Part shown: positions 41,892-51,857 of the stretch, piece after piece
How positions within the stretch are numbered: position 1 is the stretch's first letter
How the letters are laid out: every line of letters starts with the position of its first letter
From: Candidatus Poribacteria bacterium
Lineage (GTDB): Bacteria; Poribacteria; WGA-4E; WGA-3G
Direction of reading: 5' to 3'
Length of the DNA stretch: 64,000 nt
Assembly (NCBI GenBank): GCA_965214095.1
Contig: OZ243938.1
Span: 4,416,001-4,480,000, forward strand
Program-made: the position numbers and the translations under genes
Notes under the pieces: generated by a model
What the model was told of the DNA's origin: nothing
Seen by the model: only the letters and a program-made list of their open reading frames with translations
The model's database searches: none

Positions 41892-42899
41892 TTACATTCG
41901 AACTGAAGGTTCTTCTACTGTCTCAATCAAACGTTCAACGACTGTATCTGGACCAACCCCTTCTGCTTCAGCATGGAAGTTTGTTAAAACACGGTGACGT
42001 AACACGGCTGGTGCAACTGCTTTCACATCTTCAATAGAGGCATTATAACGTCCCTTGAGGATTGCTCTGGCTTTAGCCCCTAAGATTAGATATTGACCAG
42101 CACGAGGACCCGCACCCCATCGTACCCATTGTTGAACAAAATCAGGTGCATCCTTTTCTTTAGGACGAGTAGCACGACCAAGCTTCACAGCATATTGTAT
42201 AACATTATCTGCAGCAGGAACTCTTCGGACGATTTGGTGCAGTGATACAATCGCATCACCAGAAAGAGCAGTTTCCAATTCTGGTTCCTCTGCCCCCGTT
42301 GTTGACGAGATGATATCTACCTCTTCATCTTCAGCTGGATAATCAATTACAATTTTAAACATGAACCGATCAAGTTGTGCTTCAGGTAAAGGATATGTGC
42401 CTTCTTGCTCAATTGGATTTTGTGTCGCGAGTACAAAGAATGGTTCAGTGAGTGTATATTCCTCTCCGCCAGCAGTAACTTGATGCTCCTGCATAGCCTC
42501 CAAAAGTGCAGCCTGAGTCTTTGGTGGGGTTCGGTTTATCTCGTCTGCAAGAAGGATATTCGCAAAAATCGGACCTTGGATAAATCGGACGGTTCTATGT
42601 CCAGTAGTACGATCCTCCTCAAGTACATCTGTACCGATAATATCCGCAGGCATTAAATCCGGAGTAAACTGAATACGACTGAATTTGAGATTGAGAATAT
42701 CGGCAAGCGTTTTGATCATCAACGTCTTTGCTAAACCTGGTACACCTTCAACGAGACAGTGACCGCCGGCAAAAAGTGCCATTAACATCTGGTTGATCAC
42801 CTCTTCTTGACCGATAATAACTTTTTTCAGTTGTGTCACTATCAACTCTTGACTTTCCATCAACTCTTCTATTGCTTGGACTTCTTCTGTTGCTGGCAT
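41892..42899 (-). CDS. moxR: MoxR family AAA+ ATPase
   Basis: [65 protein letters not shown]. Confidence 0.95.
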   Translation of the reverse strand: MPATEEVQAIEELMESQELIVTQLKKVIIGQEEVINQMLMALFAGGHCLVEGVPGLAKTLMIKTLADILNLKFSRIQFTPDLMPADIIGTDVLEEDRTTGHRTVRFIQGPIFANILLADEINRTPPKTQAALLEAMQEHQVTAGGEEYTLTEPFFVLATQNPIEQEGTYPLPEAQLDRFMFKIVIDYPAEDEEVDIISSTTGAEEPELETALSGDAIVSLHQIVRRVPAADNVIQYAVKLGRATRPKEKDAPDFVQQWVRWGAGPRAGQYLILGAKARAILKGRYNASIEDVKAVAPAVLRHRVLTNFHAEAEGVGPDTVVERLIETVEEPSVRM

Positions 42900-42911
42900 C
42901 TATTTACTCCT

Positions 42912-43040
42912 TATAGTGAAATGTAAAAACACGTGCACACTCCCCGGTAGATGCGGTTTCCTAACCGCATCTATAACACTGAACAAACACCGGTTCGGTT
43001 AGGAAACCGAACCTACCGTCGTGTGTAAATAATTATGGTT
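42912..43040 (+). mobile_element. REP-doublet MITE (right end degraded)
   Basis: TATAGTGAAAT...GGTAGATGCGGTTTCCTAACCGCATCT...GGTTCGGTTAGGAAACCGAACCTACC; close to the reverse complement of 51589-51725. Confidence 0.75.
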
Positions 43041-43080
43041 AATAAAATTGATCTAAATGTTAATATCGTTAATTCTGATG

Positions 43081-45981
43081 CTATTGTGTTATGATAAATC
43101 GTTTCGTGCTTTTGCTGGTAGCAATCCTCACAACATCTTTCAGATGTCCAATTTTTGCAGCATCCACTCTTGGTGCGTTAAAACGGACAACTTGCTTCAT
43201 CTCTGCTTTCTTTTCAGATTTCTTGTAATCCAACTGAATTTCGGCAATATCAGTGCGGAGTTCATTATTCTGGGGTATCATCCGAATACGATAAGGTGCT
43301 TCCACTTCAACAGTGGTATGGTTTTCAAATGTTAAAGCCTTGCCGAGAACAGCAGGATGGTCACGTTCCTCATCTCGCAACAACTTCGCATACGGATTAC
43401 TAACAACAGGAAGTTCAAGAATGTATTGATCCGCAATCTCATATAAATACTCCTGACAAGACCACGTCAGTTTTATCTTTAATTCCGGACTCATCTCGGT
43501 TATATCAGATATTTCAAAATCCTCAACTTTTGCACGTTCATCTAATTCAAATAAATCACGTAGAAATTGAATCCTTTGATCGCGATGACTTGTAGCTAAC
43601 AGACGTGCACGTAATCTTGAATTGAATTCTCCTGACACACGTAACTCGTGCGTAACCTCAAGACTTCTATCATTTTTGACAATAACATGAGTTTCTGTTT
43701 GACGAATATTTGAGTTTGCAGGAAGCATCGGACTCTTGCGAAAGGCATATAAATGTTGTTTTACTTTATCACCGTCCAGCACTTGATCTTCAACGATAGG
43801 TGCACCTAATTCTTTACCGTCAGCCTTTTGTGCATCTGTATTGATAATCAATGTCCACCTGTCTTGATCACTGGCAGGAAAATCACCATACGCACAAGTA
43901 TGGGCAGTCGGATCAAGCCAAATCAACTCTTTATTTTTGCCACCATCTACTGCCAAAATCATGTGATTGAAATAAGCAAGTGATGGCACATCATGCACAA
44001 TGCGACTTGCCTTACCAGCTGAAATCAGCACAGGATAAGAATCAATCCCTGCAACGCGCAACATCGTTGAAAGCAATGTTGATTTTCCTTTACAATCACC
44101 CCACTCTTTCTTCAGAACTTCACCGGCAGGATAAGGTTTAATCGCCCAAATACCACGTTCATCACCTGCATACCGTATCTTTGAGGCAACAAATTCATAA
44201 AGTCTCTTAATTTTTTCTTCACGTGTAAATGCACCAAAGAGTAACTTTTTCGTTTTTGCTTCTATTTCATCTGTAATCCTATCCTGCTCCCGAATCAATG
44301 TAGCATACCAAGTAACTAATTCATCCCAAGAATCCAGTGATGTCAAGCTAATGCTATATGCTAAATCTGAAACAGCTGGCATCAAAGGTTCACTACGTAA
44401 TGCAGGAACATCTTTCGTCTCAAATGTATAGGTGCGTGTATAGTTATTTTCTGTAATTGTTGGTTCTATCTGTGGTCCATCAACTTCATAATAGAGTTGC
44501 TTCTTCTTAGGTATGTGCGTTGTTAGACGGTAATATTGGATAGGTTCATCAACTTGGAAGAAGACTTGCCGCCAAAACTCACCTTTCATTGCATCCCGCA
44601 GGTTTTTTGCAGAATAAGCATAGTCAATGATACAGCCATCGGAAATCTTAGGTAATTCAAAATACAACAGACGCGTATTGACGAGTAATCCCATTTCAGC
44701 AGCACTTGCGGGTGTAATACCACGAACAATATCACTTTCATCTAATTCTACGCGTGTCCCATCAGGTTGTATGGTTCGCGCATGATGTATCGTGACGTCG
44801 TCTCCTCCTTGGGCATAAGGAATACGGATCTTACCAAGATGGTGTCCATCTTTATTGAATATTTTTACAACCCGACGTGTGGAATGTACACGTTTGCCAT
44901 CCTCATCAAGGTCAAATACCTCTCCTTCCCACAAGATTACTGCACCATCATCAGGATGCTCTGCCTGTGACGGGGCATTTTTTATCCGTGATTGAATCTC
45001 TGCTTCATCAGTTTCACTGATAAAGTTGTAAGGAAGTGAGGATTTTCCCCTCATCCCAGACAGTTCCTGTTCTGCTGTGTTCTCTTCAAGCTCAACATTA
45101 CCATTATCTTGTGTATTTGGAACGGGTAATACATCCGAGTCTTCTTGTTGATTCTGAGCGGTATTTTCTATTTTAGGGAGTGGAATAAGCCGTTTGCCCA
45201 AAAACGTCTTACCAGCGAGCGTGCCTTCTCCGTTCGCTTCTACGTCTTTACGGGAAGCACGACCATCACCATTGTCGTCAAGATGAGGGTGTTCTCCTTG
45301 CATCGCACCATCTTGTTCATACCATTCGTCTATACGGGTCTGCAACCACATATACGCTTCCAACAACGAGATAGAACCATCTATGTTAGTATCCGCAGTT
45401 GGTTCGGAGAAAACATCAACGAAAAGGTCACCAAAACCTGCTTGAGAAGCATATCCTTCTTTTGCTGAACTTGACGTGATAATAATCCTTCCCGTTGCAC
45501 TGATGTCTGTGACGATCCTCGCACTATATTGAAACCCAAAAACAAGCAGCTGTTGTTCTGCACTTATATTGTTTATGTTATCGGTATATTCTTGCTGAGT
45601 TATGTCCCGTCCCGGTAAATTGAATTTCACGCCAGACGAAGTGCGCGTGGCATGTCCAATCATCAATAGGATAAATCTGTCTGTCGGTTGTACCTTTTCT
45701 GCAAGTTGTGTGAATGTATCCAAAACTTTTTCACGTCTTGCTTCTCCATCAACAAGTCCCGGCAGCATGCCGGAATCTTCAAAAAGGAAAGTAATCTGTT
45801 CAGCAGGATAACCGTATTGTTCTGTAAGCAATTGATGAAATCGAGAGGTCGCACTCCAAAACTGGTCATAATAAGATTTCTCGCCACCAGCACCACCGAC
45901 TATTAGAACATAATCTGCTGCAAAAGTCGTTGAGGTTACTATGAGAAAAACGACAATGATTGCTGTGATTGTACTACGCAT
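43081..45981 (-). CDS. Secreted fusion: caspase/C13-like domain + DUF3857 + transglutaminase-like domain (ORF open to 46038)
   Basis: Signal peptide after a GGAG RBS; VLIVGGAGGE, LMIGH, EHPHLDDNGDG; transglutaminase triad GDCKGK, FNHMI, WLDPT. Confidence 0.85.
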   Translation of the reverse strand: MRSTITAIIVVFLIVTSTTFAADYVLIVGGAGGEKSYYDQFWSATSRFHQLLTEQYGYPAEQITFLFEDSGMLPGLVDGEARREKVLDTFTQLAEKVQPTDRFILLMIGHATRTSSGVKFNLPGRDITQQEYTDNINNISAEQQLLVFGFQYSARIVTDISATGRIIITSSSAKEGYASQAGFGDLFVDVFSEPTADTNIDGSISLLEAYMWLQTRIDEWYEQDGAMQGEHPHLDDNGDGRASRKDVEANGEGTLAGKTFLGKRLIPLPKIENTAQNQQEDSDVLPVPNTQDNGNVELEENTAEQELSGMRGKSSLPYNFISETDEAEIQSRIKNAPSQAEHPDDGAVILWEGEVFDLDEDGKRVHSTRRVVKIFNKDGHHLGKIRIPYAQGGDDVTIHHARTIQPDGTRVELDESDIVRGITPASAAEMGLLVNTRLLYFELPKISDGCIIDYAYSAKNLRDAMKGEFWRQVFFQVDEPIQYYRLTTHIPKKKQLYYEVDGPQIEPTITENNYTRTYTFETKDVPALRSEPLMPAVSDLAYSISLTSLDSWDELVTWYATLIREQDRITDEIEAKTKKLLFGAFTREEKIKRLYEFVASKIRYAGDERGIWAIKPYPAGEVLKKEWGDCKGKSTLLSTMLRVAGIDSYPVLISAGKASRIVHDVPSLAYFNHMILAVDGGKNKELIWLDPTAHTCAYGDFPASDQDRWTLIINTDAQKADGKELGAPIVEDQVLDGDKVKQHLYAFRKSPMLPANSNIRQTETHVIVKNDRSLEVTHELRVSGEFNSRLRARLLATSHRDQRIQFLRDLFELDERAKVEDFEISDITEMSPELKIKLTWSCQEYLYEIADQYILELPVVSNPYAKLLRDEERDHPAVLGKALTFENHTTVEVEAPYRIRMIPQNNELRTDIAEIQLDYKKSEKKAEMKQVVRFNAPRVDAAKIGHLKDVVRIATSKSTKRFIITQ

Positions 45982-46077
45982 TTTTCTTTCTCCGATTAAA
46001 CTTTGTCTGTTGTTGCCAAAAGTTTGGTATTTCGCCATTTATTACAGAACATCTACATGTTTTACATCTTATTCAAA

Positions 46078-46545
46078 TTATAACGCAAAATCTCCGCTCG
46101 TTCCACCTGATTTCTTAACTAACCTTATTCCAGATATACACATCTCTCTATCTACCGCTTTGCACATATCGTATACAGTCAAACCTGCAACGGACACCGC
46201 TGTGAGGGCCTCCATTTCTACGCCTGTTCTGCCGACAGTTTGCACCTCAGCTTCAATCTCAATTTGTTCTTCCACAATTGTCACTTCAACACGGATAGAA
46301 GTGAGATTAAGCGGATGACACAACGGGATAAGATCACTTGTCTTCTTGGCTGCCATATATCCTGCAAGGCGAGCGACTTCTAACACATTCCCTTTCTTCA
46401 TCTGTTGAGCAGAAATAAGTTGCAGCGTTTCTGGTTTGGCAGTCACATGACCCTTGGCAATAGCAGTGCGTAATGATTGCGGTTTACCACCTACATCAAC
46501 CATCCGCGTATTGCCTTTCTCATCAAAATGTGTTAATTCTTTCAT
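46078..46545 (-). CDS. moaC: Cyclic pyranopterin monophosphate synthase MoaC
   Basis: LTHFDE..MVDV, KKGNVL..ARLAG, LIPLCHPL, TGVEMEALTA, YDMCKA. Confidence 0.97.
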   Translation of the reverse strand: MKELTHFDEKGNTRMVDVGGKPQSLRTAIAKGHVTAKPETLQLISAQQMKKGNVLEVARLAGYMAAKKTSDLIPLCHPLNLTSIRVEVTIVEEQIEIEAEVQTVGRTGVEMEALTAVSVAGLTVYDMCKAVDREMCISGIRLVKKSGGTSGDFAL

Positions 46546-48179
46546 AGGGGATTTTCATTAATGATTTTTTCGTAGGTTTCGCGAAATTTTTGGATATAAT
46601 TGCTGTCACCATGATATGCTATAACATCAGTCGGGTTGGGGTGTATGAGTTCGCCTCGTTTTTGCACATTAGCACTAAAGTCTTCCACGTCAAACGTTTC
46701 ACCAATATGTTGACAATATCCTTTCGCGCCAGCAACAGCTGCCCCAAGTGCAGCACCACCTTTTTCTATAGAGGCTACGGGACGGTTCCAAATTCCAGCA
46801 ACACGTCGCATAATCTGTTCACTGCCAGTCGCACCGCCTGTTACATACAAAGGTTCTTGCGAAGGTTTTGTAAAGACTTTGGAATAGATATACACAGCTG
46901 TCAGACTTGTCTCTATTACACCAGTATAGTCATTAGCCAAATTTGCTGTATCAGATTCATCTATCCGAATCAAATCAAATGCCCCTGACACAGGAAACGA
47001 CTCTGTCTTCGGTTGCCAAAAAGTCAGATTATTGCCGGGGGACACCTCTTGCAAAGCAGATTCCGCTGGTTCATATTCCTCTTTAGCAAGTCCGTAATTA
47101 TTTCTAACAGCGTCCCACACCATAGCCCCGTTCGTGCGGCATCCAAACATAAACGGACGACCAATACCATCATACATAGCATTTGCAAACCCTTCAGGAT
47201 CAAGTGTATCACCATCTGTTGATACCATATTGACAAAACTTGTGCCAAGACTGAGAAGGTCTCCCGCAACAGGAACTTTCGCCTGTGGATTGTCTCCTGA
47301 ACCAGCAATAATCGCACAATCTGCTGAGAAACCGTATTTCTCTACAAAATACGTAGCGATATTTCCAACAACAGAATCTGGTGGAGCAAGTTCTGGCAAT
47401 TTACTTCGTAATCCTTCCGATCCTCCCGGTAAATCATCGGCAGTTGCAGAAAGCAATTTTGAATCCCACTCTTTACTACGATAGTTCATCAGCGACATAC
47501 CGCATCCATTGCCTGTGTCAATAGGAACTATCGGATTAGCACACAGTACTGCCGGAATAAAACTACTGATGAGTTGGATTTTATCTGTTGCAGCATAAGA
47601 ACGTGATGATTGTTCTCCAACACGACGAATCACAGCACCTGTAAACCTGAGCGGTGCATCGGAACCAGAACGTTCTATCATCTCCGCTTTTCCACCGACC
47701 GCTTCTCTCACATGTTTGGTCTGTTCAACAGTATTAGCAGTCATCCAGATAGGAGCAGAATAATATGAAAAGATACCACCTAAAAGCGTTTTTAGTGCTA
47801 ACGTACAACTTTCTGCTCTCTGTAGGTTAGAAAGTATAATCCCAGCGTTCTTGTTCAGATACACATGTCCATGTTGCTGTCCAGATGTGTTGATAGCAAC
47901 GATATTCTCTAAAGCAACGCCTGCCTCACGTATATCTGCAAATACCGCATCGAGTGATGCCATATACATCAATGGAGGTTGTTCCGCTTCACCATCAGAC
48001 TTCGGGGGCAAGATATAATCCTCTCCAATACCGAAACTGTTCGTACGCTCATCAGCACGATAATCAATGGAGTGTTCAAAACACTTCTCAGCAGTATCTA
48101 CATCAATAACGAATGCCGACAAACTCTGTGTACTTGAGTCTAAACCCAGTGAAAGTCGTTGATTTTCTTGATTTGCCAC
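46542..48179 (-). CDS. xylB: FGGY-family kinase, eukaryote-type xylulokinase
   Basis: LGLDSSTQSL, SGQQHG, LRFTG, IQLISSF, GCGMSL, GDNP, LSLGTS, TGGA. Confidence 0.8.
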   Translation of the reverse strand: MANQENQRLSLGLDSSTQSLSAFVIDVDTAEKCFEHSIDYRADERTNSFGIGEDYILPPKSDGEAEQPPLMYMASLDAVFADIREAGVALENIVAINTSGQQHGHVYLNKNAGIILSNLQRAESCTLALKTLLGGIFSYYSAPIWMTANTVEQTKHVREAVGGKAEMIERSGSDAPLRFTGAVIRRVGEQSSRSYAATDKIQLISSFIPAVLCANPIVPIDTGNGCGMSLMNYRSKEWDSKLLSATADDLPGGSEGLRSKLPELAPPDSVVGNIATYFVEKYGFSADCAIIAGSGDNPQAKVPVAGDLLSLGTSFVNMVSTDGDTLDPEGFANAMYDGIGRPFMFGCRTNGAMVWDAVRNNYGLAKEEYEPAESALQEVSPGNNLTFWQPKTESFPVSGAFDLIRIDESDTANLANDYTGVIETSLTAVYIYSKVFTKPSQEPLYVTGGATGSEQIMRRVAGIWNRPVASIEKGGAALGAAVAGAKGYCQHIGETFDVEDFSANVQKRGELIHPNPTDVIAYHGDSNYIQKFRETYEKIINENPL

Positions 48180-48309
48180 TTACTACATTCCTTTCAAGTT
48201 CGGTACTCTGTTCCTTCTTGGTAACGCTCTTTACCAGTAGTCTCTAACAAGCGTTGATAGACTGAAAATTCTTACACGATCCCCACCTGTATAAATTCAG
48301 AAATTGCTG

Positions 48310-48345
48310 GTTCGTAGTCGCGCAATTTATTGCGCCTCGGACATT
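48310..48345 (+). repeat. GTAG-type REP, family B
   Basis: GTTCGTAGTCGCGCAATTTATTGCGCCTCGGACATT. Confidence 0.85.
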
Positions 48346-48387
48346 CCAGTTCAAAGGGGTTATTGACCTATAGAATCGCTCGTATTA

Positions 48388-49344
48388 TCAATTTCCAGGA
48401 TAAGTACGATTTTCCAATTCTGCAATGAATTTCTCTGATGCAATTGCTGCCGCCGCACCCGCACCTGCAGCAGTTATCGCCTGACGAAACACATGATCAT
48501 GAACATCTCCTGCAGCAAATACACCATCAATGTTCGTCCGTTGCATCTCATCAACGATGATATAACCTTGGTCGTCCATAATTATGACATCTGTGAACAA
48601 CTCAGTGTTCGGAATATGTCCTATAAAGATAAACACACCATCAATCGGAAAAAGTTCAGTCGCACCTGTCTTGACATTTTTGAGTTTTGCACCAGTCACC
48701 TTTTCGTCATTACCACATATTTCCTCAACGACGGTATCCCAAATAAACTTGATTTTATCGTTTTTGAATGCACGTTCCTGCATTATTTGACTGGCACGTA
48801 GTTGGTCGCGACGGTGGACGACATACACTTCGGATGCGTATTTCGTCAAAAAGATACCTTCTTCCAAAGCAGCATCCCCGCCTCCCACAACGATAAGTCG
48901 CTGATCCTGAAAGAAAAAGCCATCGCAAGTTGCACAGTAGGACACACCACGACCTCCATATCCCTCTTCACCTGGTATATCAAGAGTACGCGGGGAAGCT
49001 CCTGTGCATACAATCACAGATTTCGCATGGTACTCTTTACCGTATGTTTTCACGACAAACGGATGTTTCTCGAAATCTACAGAGGTTACTGTGTCAAATT
49101 GGACTTCAGTTCCAAACCTTTCCGCCTGTTCCTGCATGCCTTGAATAAAGACTGATGCTTCATTACCAAAAAAGCCAGGATAATTCTCAAGGTCAAGTGT
49201 TAATGAAAGTTGACCACCCAATGCTTCACCTGTAATAAGAATAGGTTCCAACATTGCACGAGAGGTGTAGACTCCCGCAGCAAATCCTGCAGTACCACCA
49301 CCTATTATCACTATATTTCTATTTTCTATGTTGTTTGTATTCAT
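48388..49344 (-). CDS. trxB: Thioredoxin-disulfide reductase
   Basis: IIGGGTAG, GGQL, ENYPGF, GVSYCATCDG, VVGGGDAALEE, HRRD, FAAGDV, RQAITAAG. Confidence 0.96.
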   Translation of the reverse strand: MNTNNIENRNIVIIGGGTAGFAAGVYTSRAMLEPILITGEALGGQLSLTLDLENYPGFFGNEASVFIQGMQEQAERFGTEVQFDTVTSVDFEKHPFVVKTYGKEYHAKSVIVCTGASPRTLDIPGEEGYGGRGVSYCATCDGFFFQDQRLIVVGGGDAALEEGIFLTKYASEVYVVHRRDQLRASQIMQERAFKNDKIKFIWDTVVEEICGNDEKVTGAKLKNVKTGATELFPIDGVFIFIGHIPNTELFTDVIIMDDQGYIIVDEMQRTNIDGVFAAGDVHDHVFRQAITAAGAGAAAAIASEKFIAELENRTYPGN

Positions 49345-49395
49345 TTTCTTTATTCTATCTTATAGACTTAATGATTTATAATAGTCAAGATATTA

Positions 49396-50232
49396 TTACG
49401 ACATCATTGGCATTACATTCATTCTCGGAATCCCATCAACAATTGGATAGGACTTCTCACAGTTCTGGCAAAGAATACGATGTGCTTCCCACAAAATGTC
49501 AGCTTTACACTTCGGACAGGCAAGAATGTCCTTGAGTGTTTTCGTCGGTCGACCTATCCGGCTTCTCGCAAAAAGTGATTTCGCAAATGACACAATACCA
49601 CGAGGAACAATACTTTTGAACATCAACCATAATTCTTTATGGATCTGTTCTGTTGAATCAAATGTTAATAATCTCTCTATAGTTTTCGGACAAGACAAAT
49701 TGATTGGTGAATCTGACTTACGCAAAATCTCGTAGTTAATCGTCCTTTCCCACTCGTATTGGACAAGGAACAGGTCGTGGTGCATAATATGAAACTTTCT
49801 CCAATACTTGTCTTGTGCAGCTAAAGTATGGAAAAGCTGACCAAATTCTGCACGCTTTGGGTTCTTGTATAAAACCAGACGACCATTGATCCGGTTCACT
49901 ACCCAATTGTGATAATGCCATCCGTAAATCCGTTCTCCTATTTCTGATGGAGTTTCAATATAACCTCTTGATGAAACACGCATCATTTCGGAAAGAAGTC
50001 TGTCAGGATTTTCAACGTGTTCTAATACATGCAAACAGATAACGTAATCAAAGGCACCGTCTGCAAATGGTAGAAATTGCCCATCAGCTTCTACCATCGG
50101 ACGATCTGTCACAATCATGCCACCACGTTGTTCGTCATCATCAATGAACTTATCACATAGGACATCTGAGCGAACATTTGGATTGTGACCACTGCCAATT
50201 TCTAATACGAAATCATCTGCACGAATGTTCAT
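49396..50232 (-). CDS. SAM-dependent methyltransferase-like protein with a C-terminal Trm112-like Zn domain
   Basis: VLEIGSG, LPFADGAFDYVICLHVLEHV; C-terminal LACPKCK..LCQNCEKSYPIVDGIPRM. Confidence 0.82.
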   Translation of the reverse strand: MNIRADDFVLEIGSGHNPNVRSDVLCDKFIDDDEQRGGMIVTDRPMVEADGQFLPFADGAFDYVICLHVLEHVENPDRLLSEMMRVSSRGYIETPSEIGERIYGWHYHNWVVNRINGRLVLYKNPKRAEFGQLFHTLAAQDKYWRKFHIMHHDLFLVQYEWERTINYEILRKSDSPINLSCPKTIERLLTFDSTEQIHKELWLMFKSIVPRGIVSFAKSLFARSRIGRPTKTLKDILACPKCKADILWEAHRILCQNCEKSYPIVDGIPRMNVMPMMS

Positions 50233-51059
50233 TTTTGCACTACCATTGTAATATAGGGGCTAAGATATGGAATCATATTTGCAACTAATCTCCCTTTTAA
50301 GCCAAACCCAACGGCTTTCTTTACTATCCTGAACCCATGCATCTTAAAATAGTAGGCAATATCAATAGGGTTAGCATAATATGCACTGTCTGCGTCCCCA
50401 CCGATAGCGTCCACTTCTAAAGCCGGTTCTCGATATAAAAAACGCGGGCTTTTAGTAAAGTATCGTTTATTGAAATAGAGTCTACAATTATGTATGAACT
50501 GCTGAAATGCTTGTTGTTTCGTCTCTGCCCATACAGGTCTTCCCTGTTTGCCACGTATCAATCGTATCCAATCGAGAAAAGGTGTTATAGGTGAACAGAG
50601 ATTTGGACCAGAAATCACTACCACGCCACCTTTACGAACAACACGAACCATCTCCGATAATGCCGTTTCTACATCAGGAAGATGTTCTACAAGTTCATTT
50701 GAACAGATAACATCAAAAGACTCGTCGGCAAAAGGCAACTCCAAAACATCACAAACTTCATACTGTAACGTAGGATTTTCCCATTTTCGCGCATCTTCCA
50801 AGAATAGAGAGGATATATCTGTTCCAACCACATCAAATCCCGACTGATTTAGCAAACGAGATGATATGCCGTTCCCACAACCAAGATCCAAAATCTTACC
50901 ATCCTGCGGAATAAATCGGGTGACTAATTCTACATAATGTCGGAGATAAGTTTCATCATGCGCAGCTAACAAGTCTTTGTAGGATTCCGATGTTTCGTAA
51001 AACTCACGCATCCGCTGCCTGAGTTCTAAGGATGATTCAGAAACTGATGTGCCAACCAT
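50229..51059 (-). CDS. Class I SAM-dependent methyltransferase
   Basis: ILDLGCGNG, GTDIS, LPFADESFDVI, VEHLPD, RVVRKGG. Confidence 0.9.
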   Translation of the reverse strand: MVGTSVSESSLELRQRMREFYETSESYKDLLAAHDETYLRHYVELVTRFIPQDGKILDLGCGNGISSRLLNQSGFDVVGTDISSLFLEDARKWENPTLQYEVCDVLELPFADESFDVICSNELVEHLPDVETALSEMVRVVRKGGVVVISGPNLCSPITPFLDWIRLIRGKQGRPVWAETKQQAFQQFIHNCRLYFNKRYFTKSPRFLYREPALEVDAIGGDADSAYYANPIDIAYYFKMHGFRIVKKAVGFGLKGRLVANMIPYLSPYITMVVQK

Positions 51060-51083
51060 TGTATTCTAATCCCGTAATGTTAC

Positions 51084-51485
51084 TTATTTACGTAGCGTAT
51101 TCCAAGGGGCTTCATCAAATACGTCAATCAATTGATATCCTTCTTCACCCATGCTCGGACTTAGCGTTACAAACAACTTCGCAGGTTGATCCGACACATT
51201 AAAGGAGGCATGTACCACATCTGCAGCTATAAAAACAGAATCACCCGCATTCAATACTTGCTTCTTATCCTCTAACCACTGTTCCACACTACCCTCAATG
51301 ACGTATATCACCTCTTCTTGGTCTGGATGTTTATGAAAGTCATGTCCGAAACCCGGAGAAAGACTAACTTCCATTGCAACAATATCTTTCCCGCCAGTCG
51401 TAGCAGGACGACTCAACCAACCAATCGTCCCCCAATCTAATTCATCTCTTTCAACTTCTGCAGATACTATAAATTTTCCATTCAT
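51084..51485 (-). CDS. Cupin domain protein (ORF open to 51542; ATG 51485 follows AAGGAG)
   Basis: GHDFHKHPDQEEVIYVIEG and AGDSVFI..VVHASFN cupin motifs. Confidence 0.9.
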   Translation of the reverse strand: MNGKFIVSAEVERDELDWGTIGWLSRPATTGGKDIVAMEVSLSPGFGHDFHKHPDQEEVIYVIEGSVEQWLEDKKQVLNAGDSVFIAADVVHASFNVSDQPAKLFVTLSPSMGEEGYQLIDVFDEAPWNTLRK

Positions 51486-51552
51486 TCGTGAGTTCACTCC
51501 TTTGAAAAAAATACCACTTCTAATAAATAACATACCCTTCAAGAAAAAGACT

Positions 51553-51588
51553 GTTCGTAGTCGCGCAATTCATTGCGCCTCGGACATT
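51553..51588 (+). repeat. GTAG-type REP, family B, abutting a MITE
   Basis: GTTCGTAGTCGCGCAATTCATTGCGCCTCGGACATT. Confidence 0.85.
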
Positions 51589-51725
51589 TATAGTAAAAGT
51601 CATAATTATTTACACACGACGGTAGGTTCGGTTTCCTAACCGAACCGGTGTTTGTTCAGCCGCCTAGATGCGGTTAGGAAACCGCATCTACCGGGAATGT
51701 GCACATATTTTTTGATTTCACTATA
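51589..51725 (-). mobile_element. Complete 137-bp REP-doublet MITE with TATAGT...ACTATA ends
   Basis: Imperfect terminal arms enclose the inverted REPs GGTAGGTTCGGTTTCCTAACCGAACC and AGATGCGGTTAGGAAACCGCATCTACC. Confidence 0.8.
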
Positions 51726-51793
51726 ATGTAAAAAGAGAAATTCAATTTTAGAAATGCTATATCAGACTATACAACAAAATCCTACATAATTTC

Positions 51794-51829
51794 AAAAATG
51801 TAGGTGAACCCAACAGAGTTCACCTACAT
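51794..51829 (-). terminator. Rho-independent terminator of the LamG gene run
   Basis: 12-bp stem ATGTAGGTGAAC/GTTCACCTACAT with a T-run on the minus strand. Confidence 0.75.
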
Positions 51830-51857
51830 AAAAGAATTAAACTAATAGTGCTTCCTG

